This document shows positions 62,419-64,000 of a DNA stretch of 64,000 bases, piece after piece. The stretch is taken from positions 64,001-128,000 of the IMG/VR virus record IMGVR_UViG_3300037042_004723; one strand, written 5' to 3'. The notes under the pieces were generated by a model, which had not been told where the DNA came from, did not search any database, and was given only the letters and a program-made list of their open reading frames with translations. Numbering within the stretch: the first letter of the stretch is position 1; each line of letters opens with the position of its first letter. This DNA is from a virus. A program made the translations under genes and the position numbers.

Positions 62419-64000
62419 ATGGCAGACGCTATCCCTGGAAAGAAGTCTCGGTGGACCTCTGAACAGGAGGATCTATTGCGTAAGCTATGGGGAACGCAGC
62501 GAGATATCGAACTTGCTAATGTCCTGGGCAAGACGATCAAATCGGTGCGGTCCAAGGCGACCGAGATGAACATTCGCGCCGAGAAGGGCCTCAGGACAGC
62601 ATGCAGGTCTGGTCGCGTATCTTATCCGTGGAGGGCAGACGAAGACCTTGTTCTTGTTAAGAATGTCGGGCACCTCAGCATATTCGAGTTGATGAACCTG
62701 TTGCCTCGCAGGAATCGCTTGGCCATCGAACGCCGTTGCTATGAGCTTGGCTTCTCTCCGACGCAGGGTACTCACACGCGCCTCCAGATAGAACGAGAGA
62801 CCGGATACGACTGGAGACAGATCCAGCGGGCCCGGGACGCTCTGGGTCAGGCTTGGAAGCGATACGGCACCCGCAAGTACATGATAACCTTTGATCAAGT
62901 TCAGGATATCATTGAGTATTTGCGGACCGAGACGAGAAAGTGGTCTCTCCACTACGACTTAGATCGGTGCATTCTTTGTGGAGTCTCTGGAGCTGAAGAG
63001 CGAACCAGGCATTCCGGCGATGGGCTTTGCAAACGATGCGTGAGTGGAGACACCAGGATTATGGTCCGGGGGCGCGGCCTTTTGCGCATTGATGAGATGA
63101 CTGACAGTGGAGAGTTCGAGGTGTGGTCAGGTAAGGCATGGAGGACTACTACGGCGGTGGAGTCTGGCGTTCAACCAGTCGTTGAGGTTCTATTGAATAA
63201 TGGTTCGAGGATCAAACTTACTGGCGATCATCCGATTTTGACTGATTCTGGAATGATTCACGCCCACGTAATCGATAACGAAAGACTTCCATTAGAATTG
63301 CCATCCGATGTCTGCTTTCCGGAAGTTGCCATGATTTCAAGCGTTAATTGGCATAGTGGTGGTCCGCATGAACAATTCCCACGTGAGTGGACTCGTGACG
63401 TAGGAATGTTCCTTGGTGTCGTCCTTGGTGATGGAGCAATGTCAGGTGGAGAATATCCAACGATTATAATTGGCCTCGGCCGGCAGGACAGAGACGACTT
63501 GATTCATCTCCGAGATGTCGTGGGTGGATGGTGCGGATCAAAGTCTCAAGTTGTTGATTTTGAAAGCAGTCCTAACAAATTTTGCGATGAGCATAGGCCG
63601 ATGTCACGCATTCAGTGGAGGGTCAAGTCTCTGATTGAATTCGTTGGGCAGCTTGGATTAGACAAAAGTCTGCCCATCGAGGAACGTCGGGTTCCTTCTT
63701 CTATTTGGACCGCCAGCGCATCAGGCGTTTCCGGTTTCTTGGCAGGACTGTTTGGTACCGACGGTGCTGTCAGTGTTAACGGTGCTGGCAAGATCGAGAT
63801 ATCAATGTCCTCCGTGAGCGCAGGATTGTTGGAAGACGTTCAAAATCTCTTATGTGCTTTTGGGATCAAATCATCGATGTGGTCGTACCCGAAGAAAGAG
63901 CAATATAAGCAACTATTTGCACTTAGTGTCTTTGGTAAGAAGAACGTTGATTTATTTACACGGCGTATAGGCTTTTCTTGTCGGAGGAAGCGGGATGCCT
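62419..64000 (+). CDS. Myb/SANT-like repeat and zinc-finger protein containing an intein (3' end outside window; absent from ORF track)
   Basis: manual translation SRWTSEQEDLLRKLWG...ELANVLGKTIKSVRSKA; YPWRADEDLVL; DRCILCG...HSGDGLCKR|C. Confidence 0.8.
   Translation, partial: MADAIPGKKSRWTSEQEDLLRKLWGTQRDIELANVLGKTIKSVRSKATEMNIRAEKGLRTACRSGRVSYPWRADEDLVLVKNVGHLSIFELMNLLPRRNRLAIERRCYELGFSPTQGTHTRLQIERETGYDWRQIQRARDALGQAWKRYGTRKYMITFDQVQDIIEYLRTETRKWSLHYDLDRCILCGVSGAEERTRHSGDGLCKRCVSGDTRIMVRGRGLLRIDEMTDSGEFEVWSGKAWRTTTAVESGVQPVVEVLLNNGSRIKLTGDHPILTDSGMIHAHVIDNERLPLELPSDVCFPEVAMISSVNWHSGGPHEQFPREWTRDVGMFLGVVLGDGAMSGGEYPTIIIGLGRQDRDDLIHLRDVVGGWCGSKSQVVDFESSPNKFCDEHRPMSRIQWRVKSLIEFVGQLGLDKSLPIEERRVPSSIWTASASGVSGFLAGLFGTDGAVSVNGAGKIEISMSSVSAGLLEDVQNLLCAFGIKSSMWSYPKKEQYKQLFALSVFGKKNVDLFTRRIGFSCRRKRDA
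63037..64000 (+). mobile_element. intein with LAGLIDADG endonuclease (partial)
   Basis: CVSGDTRI block A; LTGDHPI block B; FLGVVLGDG and FLAGLFGTDG motifs. Confidence 0.88.

Overview
This window is part of a large, GC-rich tailed-phage genome. No capsid, terminase, portal, DNA polymerase, integrase or CRISPR array is seen. The IHF pair and kelch proteins hint at a deltaproteobacterial/myxobacterial host (inference only). Layout: (1) 1-13 kb, early-type small genes, many apparently leaderless, with a sigma-like factor, an HNH nuclease, a SNF2 helicase and a peptidoglycan-binding hydrolase. (2) 13-19.4 kb, a minus-strand block of three paralogous virion-like proteins, one carrying an inserted double kelch propeller. 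(3) 19.6-26.6 kb, accessory genes (MazG-like, DHFR, GNAT-like, SLOG, AT-hook protein). (4) 26.9-34.2 kb, a translation island of intact, non-canonical, overlapping and chimeric tRNA genes, a structured RNA and a miniature class-I release factor. (5) 34-41 kb, IHF alpha/beta, a GHKL ATPase, an RlpA-like protein and a dual-specificity phosphatase. (6) 41.8-64 kb, a lambda-style replication/recombination module: initiator with internal iterons, DnaC-like loader, DnaB, primase, SSB, RecA, two resolvases, a Cas4-like nuclease, three inteins and two apparently catalytically dead enzymes. The main discovery is the release-factor gene. It is split across two frames by GGAGG-TGT-CTT-TAG-C, an exact copy of the prfB autoregulatory +1 frameshift architecture but gated by UAG instead of UGA, and the product lacks the PxT/SPF stop-codon-reading tripeptide. 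All calls were made by eye from the sequence, without database searches.
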